Of a stretch of 52,043 nucleotides of DNA, positions 15,678 through 25,313 are shown in pieces. The notes below the pieces were generated by a model that made no database searches, was not told where the DNA came from, and worked only from the letters and a program-made list of their open reading frames with translations. The translations under genes and the position numbers were made by a program. Numbering within the stretch: the stretch's first letter is position 1; the number at the start of each line of letters is the position of its first letter. This DNA is from an uncultured Rhodospirillaceae bacterium (GTDB taxonomy: Bacteria; Pseudomonadota; Alphaproteobacteria; RF32; CAG-239): assembly GCA_900318605.1 (NCBI GenBank), contig ONLJ01000070.1:1-52043 (forward strand), given 5' to 3'.

Positions 15678-17192
15678 ATGCCTAATTTTGGAATAAAATG
15701 CTTCTTGGGAAGCTTTATTTTCTCTCTTTTGGCGGTTTTTGCCGCTACCAGAGGGTATTATGTGTTGACTGAAGATAACCCTCAGCCGCAATCCCAAAGT
15801 TTTGCCGAAATCAAAGATATTGAACTGTTTGCTCAGAATGAAGAGTCCGACAAGATTTATGAAAAATTTAAGTCATTATCGTCGCCGTCGCAGGTTCAGG
15901 TTCCTCTCAACGATGAAGTTTCCGATGAGGTTTCCGAGGAATTAAATGAAGAATACGACGATATCAGCGACACCTTAGCCTTTGACGGCGAGCAAACCGG
16001 CGACATAATTTATGATCCGGACGAAGAAGAAGCTCCTTCAAATGCTTCGCAAAAACACAATGATGAAACCAGAAAAGAATTAGCATCAGCTGAAGAACAA
16101 ATACTCGAAAACGATAAAGATTCCGATGAGTTGATAATTGCCGATGCTTCGGAAGCACCGCAATTTATAATTCCGCTGAAGCACAATTTCGGCACCACTT
16201 CCATCAGCGGCACTTCTGTATCCTCAAGCACGGAAAACGGTCCGACCGCTTTAGCTTCACAAAACGTAAATGCACAAGCGCAAATCAAGAACAATACCGA
16301 TATTGAGACAAATCCTTGGGAAACAGCCGAAGTAGGCAATCGCTATATAACAAAGAATAAAATGAACGAATTCGAAAAAGAGCATAAAGAGGACATGGCT
16401 GCTTTAGATAAAGAAAAGAACAGCGAGGCCAAATCGGAAAATGAAACAAAGGTAGCTTATAAAATGGTTAAAAACATTTTGATACCGATACCTGATGAAA
16501 TTGCCAATGATGAGAATCTAACGCCTCAGCTTTCATATTCTGCGAAAAACAAAAAAATTGATGCCAATTTGAAGAAAAAACAATCGCAGGAAAATACCCT
16601 TAAAGGAAGCCAAACAACTTCGAAACAGACGGAAAAAATAGATGACGCTCAGTCAAAAAGCTTAACCGACAGTATAACCGATTGGTTTGCTCAAGGCAAT
16701 AAGAATAAGGAAAAAATAAATATTGTCGCTCAAGACGATGAAAGCTCAAAAACAAGCGATGAACAATCTGATGAAGATTATGATGATGACGATGATGAAG
16801 GTAATGCTTTCAGCCGTTTATTAGGCTTAAAAAAGAAGAAAAAGAATACAAAAACCATAATTCCGTCAGAGCTTAAACTTTCTTTCCAACCGAACCGCGC
16901 CGAAATTTCCGGACAAACATTGGAATGGCTACGAGCTTTTTCCCAAAACGCCGTAAAAGACGACGATGTAATGGTTGAAATTCGTATAGACGGTTCATGT
17001 TCTTATGAATTACAACAAAAGCGATTGAACCTTTTATACACAATTTTTGCAAATAATGGGGTAAATTATGATAAAATTAACATAATTTTTACCGCTAGAG
17101 ATCCAAACTCATTTATTATTAGGAATGTGAAATATGCCGCGGAAAATACAAAGGACAAAGCTGAAAACAAACGCAGCGGTCCATGGTATTGA
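15678..17192 (+). CDS. membrane-anchored, highly acidic low-complexity protein (504 aa) with a structured C-terminal ~110 aa; first gene of the pilus operon
   Basis: Start revised to the ATG at 15678 with a GAGGA RBS 5-6 nt upstream. N-terminal anchor or signal MPNFGIKCFLGSFIFSLLAVFAA. D/E/S/K-rich middle, including DEDYDDDDDEGN. The C-terminal part (LKLSFQPNRAEISGQTLEWLRAF..VMVEIRIDG..RLNLLYTIFANNGV..INIIF) looks like an alpha/beta domain, weakly reminiscent of OmpA/MotB. Confidence 0.6.
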   Translation: MPNFGIKCFLGSFIFSLLAVFAATRGYYVLTEDNPQPQSQSFAEIKDIELFAQNEESDKIYEKFKSLSSPSQVQVPLNDEVSDEVSEELNEEYDDISDTLAFDGEQTGDIIYDPDEEEAPSNASQKHNDETRKELASAEEQILENDKDSDELIIADASEAPQFIIPLKHNFGTTSISGTSVSSSTENGPTALASQNVNAQAQIKNNTDIETNPWETAEVGNRYITKNKMNEFEKEHKEDMAALDKEKNSEAKSENETKVAYKMVKNILIPIPDEIANDENLTPQLSYSAKNKKIDANLKKKQSQENTLKGSQTTSKQTEKIDDAQSKSLTDSITDWFAQGNKNKEKINIVAQDDESSKTSDEQSDEDYDDDDDEGNAFSRLLGLKKKKKNTKTIIPSELKLSFQPNRAEISGQTLEWLRAFSQNAVKDDDVMVEIRIDGSCSYELQQKRLNLLYTIFANNGVNYDKINIIFTARDPNSFIIRNVKYAAENTKDKAENKRSGPWY

Positions 17193-17233
17193 AACGGTAT
17201 TGAGAATTTAACCTGTAGCAATAGGAAAAGATT

Positions 17234-18004
17234 ATGATAAAAAAATATGAAACAAAAACATCTTTCAGTCTTTTGGGAATGATTGTTTGTTTATTTATGA
17301 CTTCCGGATGTGCGCGCGATATCAATGCCGCCGGCACACAATGCGCTGACGGAATCTGTACCAGCAACAGTGATTATACTGCCGTTTGCCAAGAAACCCC
17401 TGACGGATACAGTATTTGCAACGAAGCTGCACCTCAAGGAGTTAATTACACCAGAACGGCTGCCGACTTTAGAGAATACGGAGAGAGAACACCTCGGGAT
17501 TATCGCATAACCCAAGCCGGAGCAGGCAACAATATGTCTGCCGTCGTAAGACCGACCATTGAGGATGAGGTTGTTGATTATGAAGCTCAGGTTATAGCTC
17601 AACAAAGCGTTCCTCAACCTGCAGCGACACCTGCGCAGCAGGCAGCTGCGGCGCTTAATCCTAATCCTAATCCGGTTCCGGTAAATTATCAGCAACAACC
17701 ACAGACAACTGAAAATAATAGCGAAGCAAAGGAATTAGTAAAAGATTGGCTTGCCGAAGAAGGTCAGAGTTTGAAAGAACTGCTAACCGCATGGAGTGAA
17801 GAAGCAGGATGGAGATTGATTTGGAAAACCAATCGTAACTATACCCTTAATGCAGGAGCAATGTTCAGAGGAAACTTTGCCGACGTATCGTCAGCATTGG
17901 TAAGAGCCTTTGCTCGTGCGAGACCGGCTCCGATTGCAACATTTTATAAAGGAAACCGCGTTTTAGTGATTGAAACAATGGAGGACGAAAATGCGTATGA
18001 CTAA
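17234..18004 (+). CDS. pilL: PilL-like lipoprotein with a C-terminal TcpQ-type domain
   Basis: Lipobox LFMTSGC|A. The C-terminal WLAEEGQSLKELLTAWSEEAGWRLIWKTNRNYTLNAGAMFRGNFADVSSALVRAF....IATFYKGNRVLVI matches the remembered TcpQ/PilL domain pattern (W..G.tL...L..W....GW.l.W......G.f..A...L......fy.N.vl.V). Confidence 0.75.
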   Translation: MIKKYETKTSFSLLGMIVCLFMTSGCARDINAAGTQCADGICTSNSDYTAVCQETPDGYSICNEAAPQGVNYTRTAADFREYGERTPRDYRITQAGAGNNMSAVVRPTIEDEVVDYEAQVIAQQSVPQPAATPAQQAAAALNPNPNPVPVNYQQQPQTTENNSEAKELVKDWLAEEGQSLKELLTAWSEEAGWRLIWKTNRNYTLNAGAMFRGNFADVSSALVRAFARARPAPIATFYKGNRVLVIETMEDENAYD

Positions 18005-19625
18005 TTGGTATAAATTTGGAATTTTAGGAATTTTAGGGATTCTCGTTGCATGTTCCGTTTCTCCGGAACTTGATGCCGAGATGGCCAATCAGGCAAAACA
18101 AGCTTCTGATTTGAAGCAGAAATCTGCCGTTCCGGGTGAACCGATTCCCGATGATGTCGTCAGAGTAAAAAATGATATTTGGCTCGGCGATACCAGTAAG
18201 ATTGAGTTTGAAGGCGAACCGATTCCGGCATATTTGGAAAAAGAAGACGGTATTACCCTTATCAGCAACCGCCCGATTACGTTGTATGAAATCGGCAGCA
18301 TGATAAGCAAAATCACATCCATTTCGGTAAGATATGCCCCTGAGCTGGAAAGCACGGCGATTTCGGCTGCAGACAGCAATCCTCCGGAGATGAAAGATCT
18401 CGGTGCGCAATGGACCGATTCCACAAAGATGATTGTAAACTACAAAGGACCGATGAGCGGTTTATTGGATGAAGTAGCCAATCGCTTTTCAATTTGGTGG
18501 AAATATGATAGAAATGAGCTTTATTTCTATAAATATATAACAAAGACATTTACCATTTATTCTTTACCTACCAATCCGTCTTTAAGTGTTTCCGTCGGCG
18601 GTTCCGGCGGTTCATCCAGCATCAGCCAGAGTAGCTCTGTTGATGGTTTGGATATGTGGGCAAATATTGAAAGTACCATCAATGCAATGGTGACGTCGGA
18701 TGCGAATTTAGTAATTGACAAAGGTAACGGAACCATTTCATTGACCGCAACTCCAACTGACATCAGACGCGTTGCTAAATATGTCAACGAGCAGAATGCC
18801 CGCTTATCGAAACAAGTTGCCATCAGTGTAAAAGTTATTCAAGTTAACATCAAAAACTCTGATCAATACAGCTTAGATTTGGATGCGGTATTTAAGGCTC
18901 GTGGTTCAATTAAAGACATAACCGGCGCAACTACTGCAACAGCCGAAAGCCCTATCAGTTCTTTGACGATGGGTATCAGCTCTAAGCGTTGGAGCGTTGA
19001 TGCGGCAATAAATGCTTTGTCGAGTGAAGGTCAAACCAATTTGGTTACCAGCGGTACCGTAACGACGATGAACAACAAGCCGGCACCGATTCAGGTAGTT
19101 AAAACACAAAACTACGTATCACAGATTACCAAAACCAACAGCGGTGACAGTGATAACTATGATATTTCGGTTGATACCGAAGAAATCGAAACCGGTTTCA
19201 CGATGGGCGTATTGCCGAGAGTCTTGGATCACGGTCGTATTTTGATGTTCTTTAACCTGACATTATCCGACTTGCTTGCTTTGGATAAAGTAAATGTCGG
19301 CGGCAAATCTGGTTCATCCGGTGGAGATGATGAGGGTGGTGATGAAGGCGATGACGATGATGAAGGCGACAGCGAATTCATTCAAAACCCTGTAATCGAA
19401 ACCCGAGGCTTCACACAAGAAGTAGCTATGAAGTCTGGCGAAACATTGATTTTGGCAGGTTACGAGCGTGTTGAAAACACCATCGATAAAAAAGGTGTAG
19501 GCACACCGGAAAACAACCTTTTAGGCGGTTCTTCAAGTGCCGGCAGAGACAGAACAATTTTGGTTATCATGTTAACACCGGTTGTTTTGGAATCTCCGCT
19601 CTCGCCTGAATCGAGAATGAATTAG
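17991..19625 (+). CDS. pilN: type IVb pilus secretin lipoprotein, R64 PilN family
   Basis: Start set at the ATG at 17991 with a GAGGAC RBS at 17981-17986. Lipobox ILGILVAC|S. Secretin C-domain motifs: LVTSGTVTTMNNKPAPIQVVKTQNYV, GFTMGVLPRVLDHGRILMFFNLTLSDL, IETRGFTQEVAMKSGETLILAGYE, RTILVIMLTPVVL. Confidence 0.85.
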   Translation: MRMTNWYKFGILGILGILVACSVSPELDAEMANQAKQASDLKQKSAVPGEPIPDDVVRVKNDIWLGDTSKIEFEGEPIPAYLEKEDGITLISNRPITLYEIGSMISKITSISVRYAPELESTAISAADSNPPEMKDLGAQWTDSTKMIVNYKGPMSGLLDEVANRFSIWWKYDRNELYFYKYITKTFTIYSLPTNPSLSVSVGGSGGSSSISQSSSVDGLDMWANIESTINAMVTSDANLVIDKGNGTISLTATPTDIRRVAKYVNEQNARLSKQVAISVKVIQVNIKNSDQYSLDLDAVFKARGSIKDITGATTATAESPISSLTMGISSKRWSVDAAINALSSEGQTNLVTSGTVTTMNNKPAPIQVVKTQNYVSQITKTNSGDSDNYDISVDTEEIETGFTMGVLPRVLDHGRILMFFNLTLSDLLALDKVNVGGKSGSSGGDDEGGDEGDDDDEGDSEFIQNPVIETRGFTQEVAMKSGETLILAGYERVENTIDKKGVGTPENNLLGGSSSAGRDRTILVIMLTPVVLESPLSPESRMN

Positions 19626-19642
19626 AAAATGGGAGAAAACCA

Positions 19643-20890
19643 GTGGCAGAAGATCAAGTAGAAGAAAAAGCATGGAAGTCCACCTTCACGGAAGGTGGTA
19701 CGACCTATGCGGCGAGTTTGTTCTGGCAGCCGTTACTGAATGAAAACAATCCGTTATCCGAAGTAAAGGAAGCCGCAGAAAATATTTTGGAAGGCGCTGA
19801 TCTTTATGTTACGCGTAAGGGCAAATCTTCTCAGTTTGGTCTTGCTGCCTCCAGCCAAGGTTTTACAAAAGGCCTTCCTTCCGCGGCCATAGCACTCGTA
19901 TCAAGTCTCGGTTCAATAACCTCGTTTTTGGGTGTATTTAAGGTAGATACCGGATGGTGGTATATCTGTTATCGTAATGACGTTATTCTTTCCGATGGTG
20001 ATACCTTATTTGTAGATGAAAAAGAGGCTAAAGACCAATTTATTTCGATGTTGGCGGTACCGGACTGGGATGTTCTGTTTGCTCCGAAAGAATGGGGCAT
20101 TGAAGACACAAATCCTGATCCTTTAAGCAAGTACATCAGCAAAGGTGTTCATACAAAACTCGACAAGATTAACGCATCCAACGACACTTTGATGCTGGCG
20201 GCAATTATTGTCGGTTTTGCCATTATTCTCTGGTACGGATACACCAGTTTGCAAAGCATGCTGTTTACCGCGCCCGAAAAACCGATTATTGCGCCTGTGG
20301 AACAGGTTGAAGCCGAAGTTGTTCAGCAGGCTCCGGAAACAAAACCGTGGGAAGAATTGTCGAACCCGATTGATGTCATGAAAAATTGTTATGAAGCGAC
20401 CAAAAAAGCCGTAGAAATAGTAACACCGGGATGGCATATTGAAGGAATTACCTGTAACAAAAAAGGACTTGTTACCTCGTGGAGACGTGAACTGGGAAGA
20501 TTAACATGGATGGATCAGGCCCTTGAAACATCAGGAGTACGATTGACATCAAAAGTCATATCCGAAGACGGTAACACCTTTATGGTAACGATTCCGGTTG
20601 ATAAAGTATCCACACTTAATTCCCCGCCGGAATTTAAGCCGGAGGACTTAAACAATATCATCAATGATATCAATCAAACTTTAAACATAAATATCAGCAC
20701 TACCCAAAAGACATGGACATCACCGAGAGGCAGTGTTTACAATGTCATGGGATTTTCAATAACATCAAACAACGATCCGTTGATATGGCTTGAATTTCTT
20801 ATGAAATTTTCCGGTTTGACAATTAACGAAATTACATATAATATCAACAACAGATCTTGGACTTACAATGGAGAGATTTATGAGTTATAA
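19643..20890 (+). CDS. pilO: PilO-like type IVb pilus assembly protein (415 aa, single central TM)
   Basis: GTG start with a GGGAGA RBS. It has an N-terminal cytoplasmic domain (..YAASLFWQPL..) and one TM (LMLAAIIVGFAIILWYGY). Position and size fit R64 PilO. The motif-level support is weak. Confidence 0.5.
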   Translation: MAEDQVEEKAWKSTFTEGGTTYAASLFWQPLLNENNPLSEVKEAAENILEGADLYVTRKGKSSQFGLAASSQGFTKGLPSAAIALVSSLGSITSFLGVFKVDTGWWYICYRNDVILSDGDTLFVDEKEAKDQFISMLAVPDWDVLFAPKEWGIEDTNPDPLSKYISKGVHTKLDKINASNDTLMLAAIIVGFAIILWYGYTSLQSMLFTAPEKPIIAPVEQVEAEVVQQAPETKPWEELSNPIDVMKNCYEATKKAVEIVTPGWHIEGITCNKKGLVTSWRRELGRLTWMDQALETSGVRLTSKVISEDGNTFMVTIPVDKVSTLNSPPEFKPEDLNNIINDINQTLNINISTTQKTWTSPRGSVYNVMGFSITSNNDPLIWLEFLMKFSGLTINEITYNINNRSWTYNGEIYEL

Positions 20891-22451
20891 TTTGAAAAAT
20901 AAAGCCGTAGTAATATTTGCCATCGCATTTTCGCTTTCATTAGCGTTGGCCGGCAATGTCAAAGCTGAAGAAGAAGTTGCCGAAGCAGCGGTTACGGTTG
21001 AAGAACAGCCTGTTGAAAATGTTCAAGAGGCAATCCCTGCTGAAGATGATCCGTTCGGTATTGAAGATACACCGGAAATTCAGGACAGTGAAATTCCCCC
21101 TGCCGAAACGGCTCCGGCGCCTGCGCCTGAACCTGTAAATAACGGTATTGCGCCTGCGGAACAGAGTTTTCCTGAATTTAACGGTATGCCGGAAGATGTT
21201 ATCGGTTCTAGCGATGATGCAAGCATGGGATTGGCTGAAGCTAATGTAGATCCGGAAACTCCTAAAACTCCGATTGAAAAATACGGAAACACGATTCTTT
21301 CAAGAGTTGATAACGAATTGTTCAACCAGATGTCTGAAATTGAAAAACAGACAACCTTGCTCAATTTGGAATTAAAACGCGAGGAAGTAAAGAACCGTAT
21401 TGAAGCCTTAAAAGCTCAACGTGAAAAAGCCAAGCAGGAAGAACTTGATCGTCAAGCTGCTCGCGAAAAACAAGCTCGTGATGAAGAGTTAAAGCGCCAG
21501 AAAGAACTTTTGCGCGAACAGATGCGCTTAAAAGAAAAAGAGATGGAGCTTGAAAAGATAAGACAAGCTAAGATTTTGAGCGCTTATATGAATGAAATGC
21601 TCGTATCCAACCAACAGTGGGTTGAGACTAATGCCAAGCTTTCGGCACAAATTAAGAAACTCCAAGACGAGCGTATGGCTATTTTGGCAGAAAACGATGC
21701 CCGTATGGAAAAAATCGGCAACAGAGTGCTTATAACCGCTCAGAATGCCGAGGATACCCGCGTTGCTTATGAGAGAAAAATTTCCTCTTTCAATAAGCAG
21801 ATTGAGGAATTGAAACAAATAATCAAAGATAAAGATGCAGCTTTGGCAAACATGGCAGAAAATGGTGGTTCTTCGGATAATCCGTTTGCCGCAACCGAAT
21901 ACATCGACGAAGATACCGTAGATATGTCCAAAGAATATGCCATTATGGATATAACCGGAAAAGGCGATAATATTGTTGCCAAGCTTGTAAGTCAAGACGG
22001 CACGACATTTACCGTACGTAAAGGTTCTATTTTGAAAGGCGGCGAAGTTGTTGTCAGCATTACCGATAAGATTATTACCTTTGAAAATCACGGAGCAAAG
22101 AGTTATCTTTATACCGGAGGTACGGTAATGCAATATGAGCCAACAGAAGCGTTTAACGATGCAACAAAGACACCTGAAGTTGCAGTAGGAGCTCCGGTTA
22201 AAGTACAGGAAATCCGCAATGTCAGAGGAGCTACTCCTAACAGCAACTCATCAACCTTAAAGAATGCCGTTGATAATGCGGTAAATATGCCGCCACAGAT
22301 AAATGAGAAAACCAAGCGTTCTTCTTCGACCTCTGTTTCATCGTCCTCGAAGTCAAATACCTCTGCTTCGAATACTGCAACAACGTCATCATCATCGTCA
22401 TCCTCAAACAAAGGAATAGCCTCTTTCAGTCAGGGGATGATGGTAAAATAA
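20880..22451 (+). CDS. pilP: PilP-like protein expanded by a long coiled coil and a Ser-rich tail (523 aa)
   Basis: Start set at the ATG at 20880 (GGAGAG RBS). Signal MSYNLKNKAVVIFAIAFSLSLALAGNVKA|EE. Pro/Glu-rich linker, then a ~170-aa K/E/R/Q coiled coil, then a beta-rich segment EYAIMDITGKGDNIVAKLVSQDGTTFTVRKGSILKGGEVVVSITDKIITFE resembling the PilP secretin-binding domain. It ends in the tail SSSTSVSSSSKSNTSASNTATTSSSSSSSNK. Confidence 0.55.
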   Translation: MSYNLKNKAVVIFAIAFSLSLALAGNVKAEEEVAEAAVTVEEQPVENVQEAIPAEDDPFGIEDTPEIQDSEIPPAETAPAPAPEPVNNGIAPAEQSFPEFNGMPEDVIGSSDDASMGLAEANVDPETPKTPIEKYGNTILSRVDNELFNQMSEIEKQTTLLNLELKREEVKNRIEALKAQREKAKQEELDRQAAREKQARDEELKRQKELLREQMRLKEKEMELEKIRQAKILSAYMNEMLVSNQQWVETNAKLSAQIKKLQDERMAILAENDARMEKIGNRVLITAQNAEDTRVAYERKISSFNKQIEELKQIIKDKDAALANMAENGGSSDNPFAATEYIDEDTVDMSKEYAIMDITGKGDNIVAKLVSQDGTTFTVRKGSILKGGEVVVSITDKIITFENHGAKSYLYTGGTVMQYEPTEAFNDATKTPEVAVGAPVKVQEIRNVRGATPNSNSSTLKNAVDNAVNMPPQINEKTKRSSSTSVSSSSKSNTSASNTATTSSSSSSSNKGIASFSQGMMVK

Positions 22452-22462
22452 AGTAAGATACC

Positions 22463-24172
22463 ATGGCAGAAGATAATTTGGTAGAAGAAATTTTAGACAC
22501 GGACGAAGCCGAAAATATAAAAAAGTCGGCGAGTCCGCGTCCCGCTTTGCAAGAAAAACCCAAAACATCCGGCGATATTCAGCAGGATGAAGAGGATAAC
22601 AGCAAGGGAAATATTTTTGAAAGTCTTTTTGCCAACGGAAATACTTTAGTAACAGCCGAAAAGGGCGAGCTTGCCATCGACAGCGAAACCCGCCGAATGG
22701 TTGCTTTGTTCTCGGACGGAACTTATCTGGTTGATGCAGCTCACCGTTTTGACGGTAAGGTATTGAACTTTACCTCCATTGCCCGCAGAAGAAAATTTCA
22801 GATTTTTCCTCCGGAATATGTGTCAGCGCAAGAAATTGCCGCAATATACGCATACGCCGAGCGCGGAATGGGACAGATTGATATTTCTCCGGAAGAAACC
22901 GAAGAATATCAAATGCAGATTGACTTTTTGAGTGTTATTAACCGTGCCGCCTCAAAAAAAGTATCCGACGTACACATTGTCGTTGCCGATTCAACATTGG
23001 TTATGTTCAGAATGGCAGGTATGATGGAACGTGAGCTCGAATATTCGAAAGAATGGGGAGAAGCGTTTGTTCGTGCAGCTTTTGCATCAGCTGATATTTC
23101 CGATGCCAACTACGCCCAAAATGAATTTCAGGGCGCACAAAAATTAGGTTCGACACCTTTGCGCGGCACCAACGGAAAATTAAAACTTCCGCATAACGTA
23201 TTGGCTATTCGTTTACAATTTAACCCGGTTGCTTTCGGTTCGCAATATCTGGTAATGCGTTTGTTGTATGCCGACGATAATCCGAACGGAAACGGCGATT
23301 TGAAGGGATTGGGACTGGGCGATCGAGAAATAAATATGTTTTATCGTTTGCGGGCAAATGCGATAGGACTTAATATTATTGCCGGCCCGACAGGTTCAGG
23401 AAAATCTACTACTTTGCAGCGTAATATGATTAAGCTGATTCAGGAACACAATAACGAGATTAACGTTATCACGGTGGAAGATCCACCGGAGTATCCGATT
23501 CCCGGTGCAAGACAAATGCCTGTTACCAATGCCAATACCGAAGAAGAAAAAGATGAGGAATTTACCAAAGCCTTATCCGCAGCACTTCGTTCCGACCCTG
23601 ACGTCATGATGGTCGGTGAGATTCGTTCGCTTTCGGCGGCAGGCCTTGTGTTCAAGGGCGCCTTGTCCGGACACAGCGTTTGGACGACACTGCACGCCAA
23701 CTCGGCACCGGCGATTATTACCCGTTTACGTGATATGGGTGTTCAGCCGTATATGCTTTGTGATCCTGAGCTGATTAAAGGACTGATTTCTCAACGTTTG
23801 TTCAGAAAGCTTTGTCCTTATTGTCGAATTTCGGTAAAAGAGCGTATGCTTGACCCTTCTTTTGAACGCCTTAAGACAGCCCTCGGCGATTATGGAATTG
23901 AAAACACCTATTTAAGAGGTCCGGGATGTAAAAATTGCGGACACAAGGGAGTTATCGGCCGCATGTCGGTACCGGAAATCATTATTCCGGATGCCAATTT
24001 ATTAAAGATGTTGGTCGAAGGCGATACCAAAAATGCGATTGATTACTGGATAAGCGAGCTTAATGGTCGTCCGCTCCGCGAAGCTGCAATTGAACGTATG
24101 CTTAAAGGAATGATTGACTTGGATGAAGTCGAACGCTGGTGCGGTTTATTGGATCAACGTCCTATTTATTAG
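22463..24172 (+). CDS. pilQ: GspE/PilB-family pilus assembly ATPase (R64 PilQ-like)
   Basis: Walker A IIAGPTGSGKSTT, Asp box VITVEDPPEYPI, Walker B DPDVMMVGEIRS, His box GHSVWTTLHANS, tetracysteine CPYC...CKNCG. Confidence 0.9.
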   Translation: MAEDNLVEEILDTDEAENIKKSASPRPALQEKPKTSGDIQQDEEDNSKGNIFESLFANGNTLVTAEKGELAIDSETRRMVALFSDGTYLVDAAHRFDGKVLNFTSIARRRKFQIFPPEYVSAQEIAAIYAYAERGMGQIDISPEETEEYQMQIDFLSVINRAASKKVSDVHIVVADSTLVMFRMAGMMERELEYSKEWGEAFVRAAFASADISDANYAQNEFQGAQKLGSTPLRGTNGKLKLPHNVLAIRLQFNPVAFGSQYLVMRLLYADDNPNGNGDLKGLGLGDREINMFYRLRANAIGLNIIAGPTGSGKSTTLQRNMIKLIQEHNNEINVITVEDPPEYPIPGARQMPVTNANTEEEKDEEFTKALSAALRSDPDVMMVGEIRSLSAAGLVFKGALSGHSVWTTLHANSAPAIITRLRDMGVQPYMLCDPELIKGLISQRLFRKLCPYCRISVKERMLDPSFERLKTALGDYGIENTYLRGPGCKNCGHKGVIGRMSVPEIIIPDANLLKMLVEGDTKNAIDYWISELNGRPLREAAIERMLKGMIDLDEVERWCGLLDQRPIY

Positions 24173-24184
24173 AAGGAATGAACG

Positions 24185-25312
24185 ATGCCTGAAATAAAAA
24201 AGATTAGTGCCTTTAACAGAGCTTTAAGAGGAAGCACCAATAAATATGTTGCTTCAATAGCAAAAGCTTTTTCCATGATGTCGAACAAACGACGCCTGAA
24301 AATATACCGCAAATTGGCAGCCCTATTAAAAAACAGGTTTTCTTTGATGAATTCCCTTGATATGATATACAATGGCTTATCTGATGAAGGAAAGAACCCG
24401 TATGATCCGATGGCGATTGCAGTCAGTTCGTGGGGACGTGCTCTGCAGGAAGGTTTACCGTTCTCCGATGCCTTAAAAGGCTGGGCTCCTAACCGCGAAC
24501 GCCTTATGTTGTCGGTCGGTGACGTTTCCGACTTGGAGAGTGCGTTATTAAACCTTATTAAGGTGGCGGAAGGTTCAACCCGAATGATTCGCCCGATTTT
24601 AAGCGCCATTACATACCCGTCATTCTTGTTAATGATGTCGGTTTTGATTTTGTATGCCATCGGTGTCTATATGGTTCCGCCGATGCTTGATGCCGCACCT
24701 AACACTAAGTGGACCGGAACGGCAAAAACTTTGATTAACTTGTCGGAGTGGATTCAAGTAAACTGGCTGACGGCATTTTCAATACTTCCGGCCATCGGCT
24801 TGCTTATTTACCTTACCATCGGAATTTGGACCGGTCCGTTAAGGGTAAAATTTGATCGTTTTCCACCATGGTCCTTATATAAGATTTTTACCGGTATTAC
24901 TTGGCTTTTAGCCTTATCAGCCTTAGTAAAAGGCGGTGTTCCGGTTTCGGTAGCTTTAACTTCTTTAAAGCGTGATTCCAACCGTTATTTGGTTGAGCGT
25001 ATTGATAGCGCTCTCGACCATATTAAAAACGGTGAAAACTTAGGACAAGCCTTAGATAAAGCCGGCAAAGAGTTTCCGGATAAGCAGATTATTTCCGATT
25101 TGAAGATTTATTCCGAGTTGGATAACTTCGAAGAAGCCTTAGATAAACTGGCGAATGAATGGTTGGAAGAATCAGTATACATCATCGAACAACGTTCCGA
25201 AATTATGAACATGATTGCGATGCTGACCGTTTCCGGTATTATTGCATGGGCGGTGTTCGGAACATTCGATATGCAAGATCAGATTACCAGTGCCATGGGC
25301 AAAGGCGGCTGA
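24185..25312 (+). CDS. pilR: GspF/PilC-family inner-membrane platform protein (R64 PilR-like)
   Basis: 375 aa with three hydrophobic spans (ITYPSFLLMMSVLILYAIGVYMV, WLTAFSILPAIGLLIYLTIGIW, MIAMLTVSGIIAWAVFGTF) and two helical cytoplasmic repeats. It lies directly after the ATPase. Confidence 0.8.
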   Translation: MPEIKKISAFNRALRGSTNKYVASIAKAFSMMSNKRRLKIYRKLAALLKNRFSLMNSLDMIYNGLSDEGKNPYDPMAIAVSSWGRALQEGLPFSDALKGWAPNRERLMLSVGDVSDLESALLNLIKVAEGSTRMIRPILSAITYPSFLLMMSVLILYAIGVYMVPPMLDAAPNTKWTGTAKTLINLSEWIQVNWLTAFSILPAIGLLIYLTIGIWTGPLRVKFDRFPPWSLYKIFTGITWLLALSALVKGGVPVSVALTSLKRDSNRYLVERIDSALDHIKNGENLGQALDKAGKEFPDKQIISDLKIYSELDNFEEALDKLANEWLEESVYIIEQRSEIMNMIAMLTVSGIIAWAVFGTFDMQDQITSAMGKGG

Positions 25313-25313
25313 T

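Noticed and set aside
21528-22133. 201-aa minus-strand ORF inside pilP, with further antisense ORFs in pilL/pilN (17291-17698, 18033-18424), pilQ and pilR (24169-24660)
   Set aside because: They lie inside genes that have strong family motifs on the other strand. They have no RBS and an odd composition.
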